Assembly (NCBI RefSeq): GCF_016433145.1
Contig: NC_058133.1
Span: forward strand, 380,743,736 to 380,807,735
Length of the DNA: 64,000 nt
DNA from: Gracilinanus agilis
Lineage: Eukaryota
Direction: 5' to 3'
The position numbers and the translations under genes were made by a program. The notes below the pieces were generated by a model. It was not told the origin of the DNA. It saw nothing but the letters and a program-made list of their open reading frames with translations, and searched no databases. Below are positions 1-11,691 of the stretch, piece after piece. Within the stretch, counting starts at the first letter, position 1; each line of letters starts with the position of its first letter.

Positions 1-1032
1 GGGAAGATCTTCCGGGCAATTCACTGAGATGTAGGAGATCTTAGTTAATTTTTCTTCGTGGTTGTCTGGAGTTTTTAGAAAGATGTCTTCATTTTGCATC
101 TCTGCACGGCATACATACAAAAGGGAAAAATCTAACTTTGGAGCGGTAATGCCTGAGGTCTGATGGGGAAGGCGGGGGAATTCGAAAATTAACTTTCAGC
201 GGCTCTATCTCATAGCAATTCTACGGGCGAAGCTGTATAGCAGGTTTAAATAACATTTTTACTTGAAGAGTGAAATTTGGAATTTCTTTCAGAAATATAA
301 AGTTTTGAATAAGTGGGAGAATGGCTCAGGACCATTGGAAGTGATATTTTAAAACTGTTTGACCTCCCCAAAAAAATTGCCTTTAAAGTTTAAATTCAGA
401 AAAAAAACCGCTTTTCCCCATTTTCCATTGCTCGATGCTCTTCCCAAATCCCTTATTCTGTGACTGTCCTCTGTTACGGAAAACTGAAACAATTACGTAT
501 GTGTACAGGCAAAATCAAATTTTCAAAACTTTTCTGACTCCACAAGTTTTAGGGTTTTTCAGGTTCGAGGTAAATCCTTAATTATCCATCTAACTTCCTC
601 AATTCTCACGTAACTAGGGGCAAACATAGCATTTGGGGTCACCTTCCGGTTTGCCAAGACCTTCGCCCCCAATACAGGAAAATGAAAATGTAACCCCTCC
701 AAAATGCGCTTGGATCACATTAAGTGCTTCCTAGACATAGAAATAGAATTAAGGAAGAAATGAAACTATCCACCATCAGGGTAGCTCTTCTGACCCTTCT
801 CAGGGCAATTTGGATACTAGTCTCCTTAGGACGACCCATATGTTCCCAAATCTTCTGCCCTAGAAAATCAAAGGAAGTTTAGGGAGGGAGTAAGTCGAAT
901 CTCTGAAAGATTTTAAGAAAACAGGATAAGGTCTACGTGTTGAAACAGTGATCAAATGAGCTCTGGAATCACGGATCTGGAGCTGGGGGGAAAGTCCAGA
1001 GGGGTAGCCTCATTTACTAGAGCTTCTGCCAA

Positions 1033-1057
1033 ACACGCGCACACGCGCGCGCGCGCG

Positions 1058-1109
<52 letters not shown>
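1033..1109. repeat. Compound (CG)8-(CA)n alternating purine-pyrimidine microsatellite upstream of HEY2
   Basis: Direct reading: acacgcgcacac(gc)n gt (ac)n. Confidence 0.95.
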
Positions 1110-1110
<1 letters not shown>

Positions 1111-1129
1111 CCACGCGTTTGAGGTTCAC

Positions 1130-2120
1130 TAAACGTAGCCCAGAAACTTTAGGGCTGAAAGTGAGGCGGGGGGAAGGAGGGGTGTCGAAACCAAAAGTCT
1201 CGCATTCAACACCTGATCCTCAGTCTCGACGTCTGCACAACTTCCCTACATAGAGCTAAGAAATGCCGTAACACTCGCCACGGGGTTGACCCGATTGCGC
1301 CTTTCCCCGCCCGCAGCTCCAGGGACCGGAGGTACAGCGGCTGCTTTCCCACGCTTGGAAACGACCCACTGGCTCTTGGCTTTCGCAGAGGACACCCCTC
1401 CTCCCCTTCTCCCACCCTCGTCGCCTCTCAACTATTAGCCAATCCCAAGCGCCCCCGACTCCCTTAGGGGGCGGGCTGATGCTGTCCATCAGGGGCTTTT
1501 CGGTCCAATAGGCGGCGCCTGCGGGGGAGCCAGTCGCCAGGGAGGGGGGAGGATGGGGTTACACCCGGGACAGAACGCGGGGGGGAAGGGGGCGTGCCTG
1601 GAGACTGGGCACTTGCGCTCGCTGGAGGTAGGGACTGCAGCGTGGGAAAGAGCAAGCAGGAACAGATCGCTTCAGCCGCCGCTGTCGTGCAGCGCTCGCC
1701 GGGCTCTGCGCTACGCGGCAGACCACGGAGGGGAGGGGTGGGGGAAGAGGGGAAAAAGAGAAGCACCCAGGTGGGTATTTATTCTTCTTAAGTCTGCATT
1801 GTGCATCCTCCCCATTCAACAAGATGAAGCGACCTTGCGAGGAAACTACCTCAGACAGCGATATGGATGAGACGATAGACGTGGGAAGCGAAAACAATTA
1901 CTCGGGGTGAGTAAGGGTAGCTCTGGTGGTGGAGAGTCGGGAAGGGGTTTATCCCCAACTGGAATTGCCCTAGGAGTGGCTGGAGCGTGCAGAAGAGAGA
2001 CCCAGTGGTCCTCTAATCTTCCAGCGTGGCGAAGGCTTCGTGGGAAACTCCTAGTGTGGGCGAGCATCTCTTGCGAAATCTCGGAGAATATATACCTCTC
2101 GGGCATCCTGGTGGAGACCA
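1130..2120 (+). promoter_or_regulatory. HEY2: HEY2 CpG-island promoter and 5' UTR, with CCAAT boxes (1439-1443, 1505-1509), a GC box (about 1467-1475) and RBPJ sites
   Basis: High CpG/GC content around the ATG at 1824; CGTGGGAA at 1346-1353(-), 1641-1648, 1880-1887, 2039-2046. Confidence 0.85.
1824..1906 (+). CDS. HEY2: HEY2 coding exon 1 (MKRPCEETTSDSDMDETIDVGSENNYSG)
   Basis: Translation matches the HEY2 N-terminus; ATG with A at -3; donor GG|GTGAGT; 83 nt. Confidence 0.98.
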
Positions 2121-2927
2121 GAAAACTTTTGCCTGTGGAGCCATCCGTATTTAGTTGAGTAGTGGTATTAGGGAGTTGTAAGGGACATGGTGTTGTTCTT
2201 GAGAGCTCTTGGTTTTTTAAGCCTTTGGGGGTAGAGTGGCACGGGAGGGAGGTGAGACGTGCGTGAAATACGCCTGTGGTTGTGAGAGATTTAGTGAGCC
2301 ATTGATTTCCGAAGCCTTGGATCACCTGTAGCAACATCAGCTGTCATACCCCCCTGGGGCCTTTGCAAAGGACTAGGTAAACTTTAGGTGTTCCAGCTCC
2401 TGAAGAGCCACTTTGGAGCCTTTTGGAAAATGAGACTACTAGCAGGAAAAACAGAATGGTTATATTTTCTTTTAAAAGTTCAAAAATACTCCCTGGAAAT
2501 TTTGAGATATTTTATAATGTCCAGACTGGCTAGGTGGCGCTTTGTAGAATGAACATGTGGAATGAACTCTGGCAATCAATCCTGAAGTAAAATGACCTTC
2601 TGTTATAAGGGTGCTTTCCGGCATCATCGTTTTGCCCCTGATATCAGCATGATTATTAGGGCTGAAAAAGCTTTGGGTTATGTTAATAGAAGCCAAATCT
2701 CCAGTTCACATGACAAAGTTACCTGGCATTTTAGTGCCAATGCAGGTCAAGTTATAATTGCCTCTAATTAACACTCCCAGGAACTGTTAAATTATTTACC
2801 TTCAACTAAGTGTCATTCACAGTTCAGGATTCTTGCCTTTTGAAAATTACTTTTATTTAGTATTTTCACAGCAGTCCAAACACCCAAAAGCCTAAGATAT
2901 TTGAAAAACTTAAAAAGTCTTCTATCC

Positions 2928-3122
2928 CAGTGGTTCTCAGATTGTGATCTGTGGACCCAGGGGTCTTTGAGGTCAAAATCCCTTTTATACTAATGCAAGA
3001 TATTTTCATTTCTAGTATAGTAACATGGATAGGAAACCCCCATAAATTAAAGCTCTTTGGAGGATCCTCAATAATTTTTGAGTGTAAAGGGATCCTGAGA
3101 CTGAAAAGTTTGGGAACTGCTG
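2928..3122. mobile_element. Non-autonomous hAT-Charlie DNA transposon (Charlie1-like) in HEY2 intron 1
   Basis: Termini CAGTGGTTCTCA ... TGGGAACTGCTG; 3' part resembles the Charlie1 end (aagctctttgg...ctcaataattttt...aaagtttg); degenerate xTCTA TSD. Confidence 0.7.
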
Positions 3123-4112
3123 ATCTATTTTAATTATTAAATGTTTCCCAAAGAACGAAATGGCATAGCTCAAAAATGAGACTCAGGGTGCAGAAGATAT
3201 TGAAGAAAAGGAGGTATGTTTGAGGAAGGAATGAAAAGGAAAGAGCAGAGCTAATTACAGTGGAACTTTAACATCATTTTTGAATGGAAATAGCACAAAT
3301 AATAAAAACAGCAAATTTATTATTGTGAGATGTATAATCTTTGTTCATTATGAAAAAAGAAATGGATAACAATTGAGAGATTATAAAATTAATGAGAGAG
3401 TGAATACAAGGATGAAGTTCCCAGACTTAATAGGTAGATTTAAACCTAGACTTGAGGATTAGAAAGTTTTCAACTATAAAGCTCAGATTCATTTTCAAAG
3501 TAAAGCAGATTTATCTGGCTATTCCTCTTTAGTTTGATGCTTGTGTGTTAATAGCCTATTTCATTCATGATATTCTGGGAGTTAGATACATATGAATGTT
3601 AAATTTTTCTTGTGCTAAGAAATAAAATGAGATAGCTTTTGTTTATTTTAAAAATTGGATCTAGGGGCAACACTAGTGACATATGACCAGACTGTATCTA
3701 TTTGATAACAGGACTTTAATGTGACCTTTATTTTAAAATAGCTTTACTTTATCCAGTGCCAGCAGAGAAAATGTTATCAGAGGTTAGCTGATTGAAAAAA
3801 ATTCTTAAGTGGAACAATGATGTATCCAGACCTATACCTACCAACTTTTTCACTATAGGTAGAGGCCCAGAACAATGTTCTCTTATGGCCTTGATTTCAA
3901 GATTATCCATTAAAAGATGTAATTCAAACCGAGAGAGAGACCAGAAGGCCTAAAAAGCCAAATGTGGTAGAAGTGAAGGAAGAGTTAAGAAAAAAGAACT
4001 AAACACTTAGAGGAGTAGTGTAATCACTGAATATTTAATAGGTGGCATCAGGTACCCAGAAGGAACAATCATTGTGTTATGTAACAACTGACACATTCTT
4101 ACTGTTTCATAG

Positions 4113-4191
4113 GCAAAGTACGGGCTCTGTTATTCGATCAAATTCTCCGACAACAACATCTCAGATTATGGCCAGAAAGAAAAGAAGAGGG
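4113..4191 (+). CDS. HEY2: HEY2 coding exon 2 (QSTGSVIRSNSPTTTSQIMARKKRRG)
   Basis: Acceptor tttcatAG, donor GGG|GTATGT; 79 nt; phase fits exon 1; start of basic region. Confidence 0.98.
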
Positions 4192-4329
4192 GTATGTGTA
4201 CTTTTTTTTCCACTTCTTTCTTTGATTTCATGAAATCAGTCTAGCATGTAAGTGTTGTATCTTTCCACTATGAGGAATATTACTATTCATGTATTCATAA
4301 ACTTTCTTGTTTGTTTTTCTTTGGAATAG

Positions 4330-4413
4330 ATTATAGAGAAAAGGCGCCGTGATCGGATAAATAACAGTTTATCTGAGTTAAGACGACTTGTGCCAACTGC
4401 TTTTGAAAAACAA
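4330..4413 (+). CDS. HEY2: HEY2 coding exon 3 ([28 protein letters not shown]), basic region and helix 1
   Basis: Acceptor ggaatAG, donor CAA|GTAAGT; 84 nt; canonical HEY bHLH. Confidence 0.98.
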
Positions 4414-6879
4414 GTAAGTTAATTTCCCTCCCTCTCTCAAAATGCATGTATGTGCACTCACACACACACAGATTCTCTCATCTGGAAATGTGGGTTTTTG
4501 TTAAAGCTCATTAAAATAATAGTGTATGTGTCCTGATCTGGCATAAAGCAGCCATTTCAATAAAATGCTTTGTTGTGGCAAAACTATTAAAAACATAATC
4601 CGTCTTGAAGCTGAAAAACATTTCCATTCTTTTGCTTCTTTTTCCCTTAAGGGTAGGAGTGTTCATGCTTTCTCTGTTCTTTCTATGAATACCAGTAGTG
4701 GTTTTGTTTTAAAATGTGCTGCATGCAGTATGCTTCAAAAAAGAATGAAATGCAAATTATACTTCTGTCTCAAATTGTGTATTTTTTTATTTAAACTTTT
4801 TCTTATTAAAAAAAAAAAGACAGCAGTCCCAGAAATAGCACATCTAACCCACAACCTTAAAGGATAAACTAATTTCCCAAGCCATTTACTTTCATTTTAA
4901 TGCTTTGTTATTAACCTATTTGATTTGAAGCATCCTTTTAAAAGTATGGTATGGTCAGATTTGACTATGTAATTAACCATGCCCAGAATAGAAATACACC
5001 TTTAAAAATAAAAAACCCTTTGCCCAAGGAAGAAAGCAGAAAGCTAAACATTTTCAAAGTTGCTTGCTTCATGACTCATGAAAAGTAATATTTAAACCCA
5101 TTATATAAGTTTGCTGGGAACAGAGACACCACATAGCATCCTTCAAAGGATACAGAAACTTAGGATAGAAGTATTTTCAATTTAGTTAAGAGTATGAGAT
5201 AACAGTTATTTGTTCCATTTCATTGTTTGCACTTCATTAACACCACAAATATAATAATACAATCCCTACAAAGCCCTAGGAAAATGCCCAGAAACTAAAA
5301 TTTTGAGTTATTAAGTCACTTGCAGAGAAACTACTTCTTCTGTCTCTATAGAAAAGATTAACACGCAGAAAAAGTACAGCATGTAATACACTATTCATTA
5401 TAAATTCTTAATGGAGGAAAAATTACCCCAAAGACCCTCATTCTGTATCCTGAGTCTTTCCATAACGAAAAAAGTGACATAAAAAATGTAATTTTGATTG
5501 AGGAATGCTTTGAATCCCTACATGCTGTTATTAAAATATCAATTATCAATGCTTTTTAAATTTTTTCTGATTACTGAAAGTCTGTCCACAGTTATTAGGA
5601 TCATTTGGTTTAGGAATTTTTTTGGTTTGTTAGATTTTTCTTAAATATTGACTTAAAACAACTTAAGCTTTAAAAAAACAAACCTCTGTTCTCTGGCAGT
5701 AAGTTATTATAAACACATGGGTCTCACATTGGCAGAGTTTGGTTACCAAGAACAGAGTCTTAGAACTTGTCATAGTATGATTAGAAGAGTATTCTCTCAT
5801 GGAAATAAGTAACTTAGGGACCCTCACTACAGACTGAGTTCTGGTACTGTCTATTTAAAACAAGTAATGCTTAGAAATTGAAACCGAATCTTCGCTTCCG
5901 TTTTGAAAATATCAGAATGTAATATATTATACATTATCCATCCAGCTTTTGCCGGCCAGTCAAGCAGCCTTAAGAGAGTTCTATGTGTTCCAGTGGTTTT
6001 CAAAGGTATCTTTACAAAGAAATAATTTCAGCTGACATTTTTTAAATATTAAAGGCTATGTTCTTAAGGAGCTCATAGTCTTAATTGAGAGAACACATGC
6101 ACAAATAAACAACCAAAGCAAAACATGGAGTGGGGGCGAGGTAGTATTTCTAATTCAATTATAGAGAAATTATCACAACTTTTAAAAAATGATTCAGAGG
6201 GTCTCTTAAGAATTTAAAATATTACCCAGATTAGAACTGAATTTTCATCTCATCTTTTGGATAGTGATACACAGAGTGACATCTGCTGGTCAAAACCGAA
6301 AAGGATTTTTTTTTTTTTAATGTCAGGGACTTTGTAGTGGACTAGAAGAAATTCTTTAATGGCAAAATCATTTTCTTTTTAAAAGCTTGTTATTTTTAAG
6401 AAATCAATTTTTAGAACAAAGTCATTAAAATCATTTATCTTTTATATCATAAGCCTGCACTTTCTCATAATACTATTTAACATTCAAAGTCAAAGGACAT
6501 TTTTCCCTAAGATAAAAAATAGATACAAAGCTTTAAATTCTGGGCAACTGTATAGTTTCCATTATACAGTAAACCCATGGCATTCTGAATATACCTGAAA
6601 GTCTTTTGAGGGGTCAATTATTTTATTAGATTTTCAGTTAATCTTTAAAAGTAGATGTGATATAGATTACAAGTTATGGCATAGCATAAATAGTTACAAC
6701 TACTCAGTGATATATTAAGAAGTCTGATAGGCAATTGAGATATATTGTAGGAAGAAATTAAAATAAGAAAATTCTTATATCAAGGGAAATTAAAACCATA
6801 ACATAAAAGTTAAATTAAAAGAATACTATATTAAATTAGAACCTTTGATTTGTAAAGCATTATTCTTTTATTTTTCAAG

Positions 6880-6961
6880 GGATCTGCAAAATTGGAAAAA
6901 GCAGAAATACTGCAAATGACAGTGGACCATTTGAAGATGCTTCAAGCAACAGGAGGTAAAA
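6880..6961 (+). CDS. HEY2: HEY2 coding exon 4 ([27 protein letters not shown] plus 1 nt), helix 2
   Basis: Acceptor tttttcaAG, donor AAA|GTAAGT; 82 nt; missed by the ORF track. Confidence 0.97.
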
Positions 6962-8249
6962 GTAAGTCACTTTCTTCATTTCTCTTTTTCTGAAGCTGAA
7001 CAGTTCTTTAACATTCTGGGATAGGCGGTCCCAGATTAAAGCAGTGGAAATCAATGCTAATGGCAGGATTAAACTCGTGGGAAAGGATTGCTGGAACAAA
7101 AGAAGCACTTGACCCTGGGCTTGTGTTTGCTTTCATAACACTGTGGGAGTAAAGGCTTCATTCATGGGCAGCCCAGTCAGAGATTTGTTTGGGCCTTCAG
7201 AAGAGCACAGAAATCTGCACCGGGAGACAAAACAAACACACAAACATCCAAACATAAACAGGAGATGGCGACAACCATTAGGCTGCCTCAAAACCAATGC
7301 TAGAATTTGATATAATGTAGATATCTGTAAGGAAGTGAATCTACAAAATTCTTTATTGTTTTGGATATCTTTTGTTTGCTGCAGGGTGGAGGGAAATGGA
7401 AAGCTATTTTAAATAACCGATAATAAACCTCTGTATTTCACACAATTAATGGAAATAACTATCCCCAGGCTACTGACCTCACATTTAGGTGCTAAGGGGA
7501 ATCAGTTGGGCCATGGTTAAGTGGAGGTAGTGGAAAGATGAAAAGGAAATAAGTCTTTTAGGCAGCTATCTCTTTTTTTAAGACCTAAGATTCACATACT
7601 AAGGGACAGAAAGCCTACAGACTCCCATTCCCCTTCCATATACATCCATCAAGTTTTATATATAGGCTTTGCATGACTGTTCCCTCTTAAAGGATGTTCT
7701 TAATATATACATTAGCCACCTTACAAAGATGTTTAGGAAATACCTATACAGGGTGATTTCTCTCTGCCCTTACCGTCCCAAGTGTGGATTGGCATAATTA
7801 AAGTGGACAATGGACTGTTAAGTCAGGAGACCTAGGTTTTACTCCTGTTCTGTCACTTACTGTATGACTGGGACTACTCACTTAAAATAGCAATAAAAGC
7901 AACCACGCTGTCCCACTTCACTGAGTTGTCATGGATCAGCAACTTAAGGACTTTGTTAATTGTAAAGTTCTAATTAATCACAAAAGATGTGGCCTCAGAC
8001 ACTTTCTAGTTGTGAACTTGGTTAAGTCATTTAACCTCTATTTGCTTCAGTTTTCTCACCCATAAAAAAGGGATAATAATAACACCTACCCTCCAGGTTT
8101 TCATAAGAATAATTTTCATGAGATAATAATTTTAAAGCATTTAGCATAGTGCTTGAATACATGGTAAGCACCATATAAAGTGTGAACTGTTGTTATTATT
8201 AAGCATAATGAATAAAGCTTTAATTTCTGTTTTATTAAAAATAAGCCAA

Positions 8250-8435
8250 GGGGGCAGCTGGGTAGCTCAGTGGATTGAGAGCCAGGCCTAGAGACGGGAG
8301 GTCCTAAGTTCAAATCCGGCCTTAGACACTTCCCAGCTGTGTGACCCTGGGCAAGTCACTTGACCCCCATTGCCTACCCTTACCATTCTTCCACCTATGA
8401 GTCAATGCACAGAAGTTAAGGGTTAAAAAAAAAAA
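8250..8435 (+). mobile_element. SINE1_Mdo-type tRNA-derived SINE
   Basis: GGGGCAGCTGGGTAGCTCAGTGG head, A/B boxes, AAGTTAAGGGTT-poly(A) tail, AAAAATAAGC flanking repeat. Confidence 0.9.
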
Positions 8436-8664
8436 TAAGCTAAGCCAAAAGTATAAGATATGCCATGGCACTGGAACTATTCAAACAAAGGCTGGATAAT
8501 TATCAATAATGTTATAGGGAAGAATTATGATTTTTAAGTAGGAGTTCAACTAAGGACTTCTGAGTTTTCTTCTAATTCCAGATAAAAGGAGCCTGGCCCT
8601 ATTAAGGTCAAATAAAAATATGATAGAATCCAGAAAAGCCATTGGATTAAGAGATAGGAACTAA

Positions 8665-8877
8665 GGGGACAGCTGGGTAGCTCAGGGAGTTAAGAGCCAG
8701 GCCTAGAGAGGGGAAGTCCTAGGTTCAAATCTAGCCACAGACACTTCCCAGCTATGTGACCCTGGGCAAGTCACTTAACCCCACTGCCTAGTCCTTGCCA
8801 TTCTGCCTTGGAATCAATACACAGTATTGATTCTAAGGTGGAAGGTATAGGTTTTTTTTTTTAAAAGAGAGAGAGAA
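8665..8877 (+). mobile_element. SINE1_Mdo-related SINE inserted in a MIR
   Basis: Same head; TSD AGATAGGAACTA. Confidence 0.85.
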
Positions 8878-11691
8878 AGATAGGAACTAGGAGTTAATAG
8901 GCAGTAAACCTGAATGCCAAGTCTACCACCTACCATCTGTGTGACCTTGGTCAAGTCACTTTCTTGACCTCAGTTTTTTCACCTGTAAAATGAAAGGATT
9001 GGATTACATGATCTCTAAGGCCCGTCCAGGTTTATGTGTATGGTCCTGTGAACTTAGATTATAAAAGAATATATTTTCTTATTTCATACAACTACAATTC
9101 AACATTCTGAGACAGAAATGTTGGGCACAAGGGTAACTAGTATTAAAACACTCTCTTGTGTGCAGAGCACTATACTAGATATCAGGAAAAATGAAGGATT
9201 TAGATAAAAGCGAACTCTAGCCTTCAAGGAGTTTTTGGATTACTAGGAGGATAAGTAAAATTCAAACACAGACAGCCATAAAACAAAAGTAAATACTAGT
9301 TGCACTTGGTTGACATGTGCTGGTGTTCTTATATTTGAATTGAGCCGTAGCCCAGAGGCTATTCTTGGCTATTCAGAACAGTTCTGAAGTTTGTCTCAAA
9401 AGAACATTTTTTTTAAAAAGTTCATACTGTTTGTTCCTGGTAGGTCTTTTAAAAAATAATTAGGCAGATGATGCATAAAAGTTTTGGGAAGAAATATGCA
9501 GTTATTGTGTCTCTTAATTGATAGAATACCCTTTGTCAAAAGTTTTCAGCCTTGGGCTGTGCCTACATTCTAATTTATTTTTTAAGGACTTTTTAAAATT
9601 TTTGTTTGCATTTGGCATCAAGATTATTTTTTAGTTAATATTAAGATAGAGCAAACTACTTGGACTTTTTAAGTTGCATAACAAAAGTATGGCACTGGAA
9701 TGCATTCAATTTATTGCTCTGAAGGAAAATTTCCTGGGAATTTCTGGAATAAATTGTTTTGCACCTTCTGCTGTTTCCTTTGTAGGTATGAATTTAGCTG
9801 TCTAATATCAGTTGCTAAAGTCATTTGGGCTCTATCTCACTAGAATGATGCTTCATTCCCTTGCCTCTGATTACATTATGTTGGGAGATTTCACCTTCCA
9901 ATTTCATTTGTGAATGTAGATTTGCCAGGGTAAACAGCTCTAAAAAGTCATTGGAGATATTTGAACTCAAGTCTTTCTGATTCCATGCCCAGTACTCTTC
10001 TGTGCCACACTGCCTTTTAGAGGCCATTAAATCTGGCTCTTCTCATTTTTAAGCAGTAAAGAAACTGAGACACAAAGAATTGAGTGATTTGCCCAGGATC
10101 ATAAAGCTAGTAAAGTTTCTAAAGCAATAATTAAACGCCTATCTTCCTGACTCTTAGGTCCAAGGCTCTATCTACTAAGCCATACTTCCTCCCATAGTTA
10201 AAAGATTTTAATTTCTTGAGTGCCTTTAATAGCAGGCTAAGGGGTCTGGGCTTTATCCTGTAGGCAATGGGGAACCACTGAAAGTTTGTGGAGTGGAGCA
10301 ACAAACTAAAAACCATATTGATATAGAAATTCTTCAAGGGTTAATTGTAGAAGAAAGAAAATACAGGTAGAGTGACTAGTTAAGGGATTTGAACCACACT
10401 TAGGCAGGAAGTGATTGGGACTATGATGACATTATCAGGATAAAGAATTATATGTAATATAAAATTCAGTAATAAAATGTCACTCACAAAAGGTAAAAAA
10501 AAAAAGAAAAAGAAACTGAGGCCTCATCCTTCTATGTGAACTTTGGCAAATTAGTTAGCTTCTCTAGACTTCAGTTTCCTCATCTGTAAAATAAGGGAGC
10601 TAGATGATCCAAAGTCCCTTGCAGCTCCAAATCCTATAATAGTATGATTTACCTTTAGCCAATTATAACAATAATTTCAGGTGGTTGTGTGTATACACGA
10701 GTATGTACACTCACTCATCAGACTGTTCTTGGAAATGTGTCAGATAAACATGTGCTTAATGTTTAAGGAATGATTTTATTCCATGATTTTTTGATCCTCC
10801 TTTTCCATTTAGTCCATTCTACTTTTCATGGAACTCTTTTCTTCATTGGATTTCTTTTTCCAGTAGGTCCTCCAATAGAATGGGTGGCATTTATAACAAA
10901 ATTCAGTGAAGTTAAGAATTCTGTTAGGTATCTTTTACTGTTAAGCAACCAAATTCTTACTAATGGAAAACTGAATAATATAGCTCTTCACATTGGTACC
11001 TGAATTATATTTTTTTAAACTCATTTTGTTTCCGTGAAGACGTTTTTTCTTCATGAGGAGCATTAACAAGATGTTTTTAGTTTGCCATTAATTAACTCAG
11101 CATGTCAAGATGCACTTATGATTTTACTAAGCAGACGATATCCTAATAAATTGTAAAGAAAGTCCCCAGACTGTGAAAATGTGGTATTTAGCATGTAGGT
11201 TATAAAGGCCAACACCAGAGAGAAGAGAGTAGGATATTATAGAGAGACCCTTTAATCTTCGATCTGTGTCGCATGTGAAGGAGACAGAGAGACTCTAGAT
11301 CTCTATTACCATGAAAAGGCCTGCCATGGAATTCCATTCTCCCACAGTATAAGAAGAGAGCAATACCATGTTTTTTGAAGAGTCTGAAACACGAATGTTT
11401 TTAATTTCTTTTTCCACTGTAATATTTGATTGCAAGAACTGTTGCCTACTCTATTCCTAGATTTTGTCTCACATGTAAGTTACCAAATAACTTTAAAAAA
11501 CTTCTATAAAACTTAAGAATGCAAATTAATATTGTGTTTAGAAGGAATCGGTTTTAGCTAAATCTGAGCAATGATGGAGTGGAACATCAGCTGGATGGTA
11601 TTTGCTTATACTGTTTTCGTCTCTCTCCCTTCCCTTCTCTTCCCCTCTTCCCTGGCCCTTCACTTTTTCCTTCCCCAACTCTATCTTTCAG

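Noticed and set aside
1206-2337. Many overlapping 60-160 aa ORFs on both strands at the HEY2 promoter, including 1553-1870 as a uORF
   Set aside because: Expected from stop-poor GC-rich DNA; no recognisable protein; the ATG at 1553 probably lies upstream of the TSS
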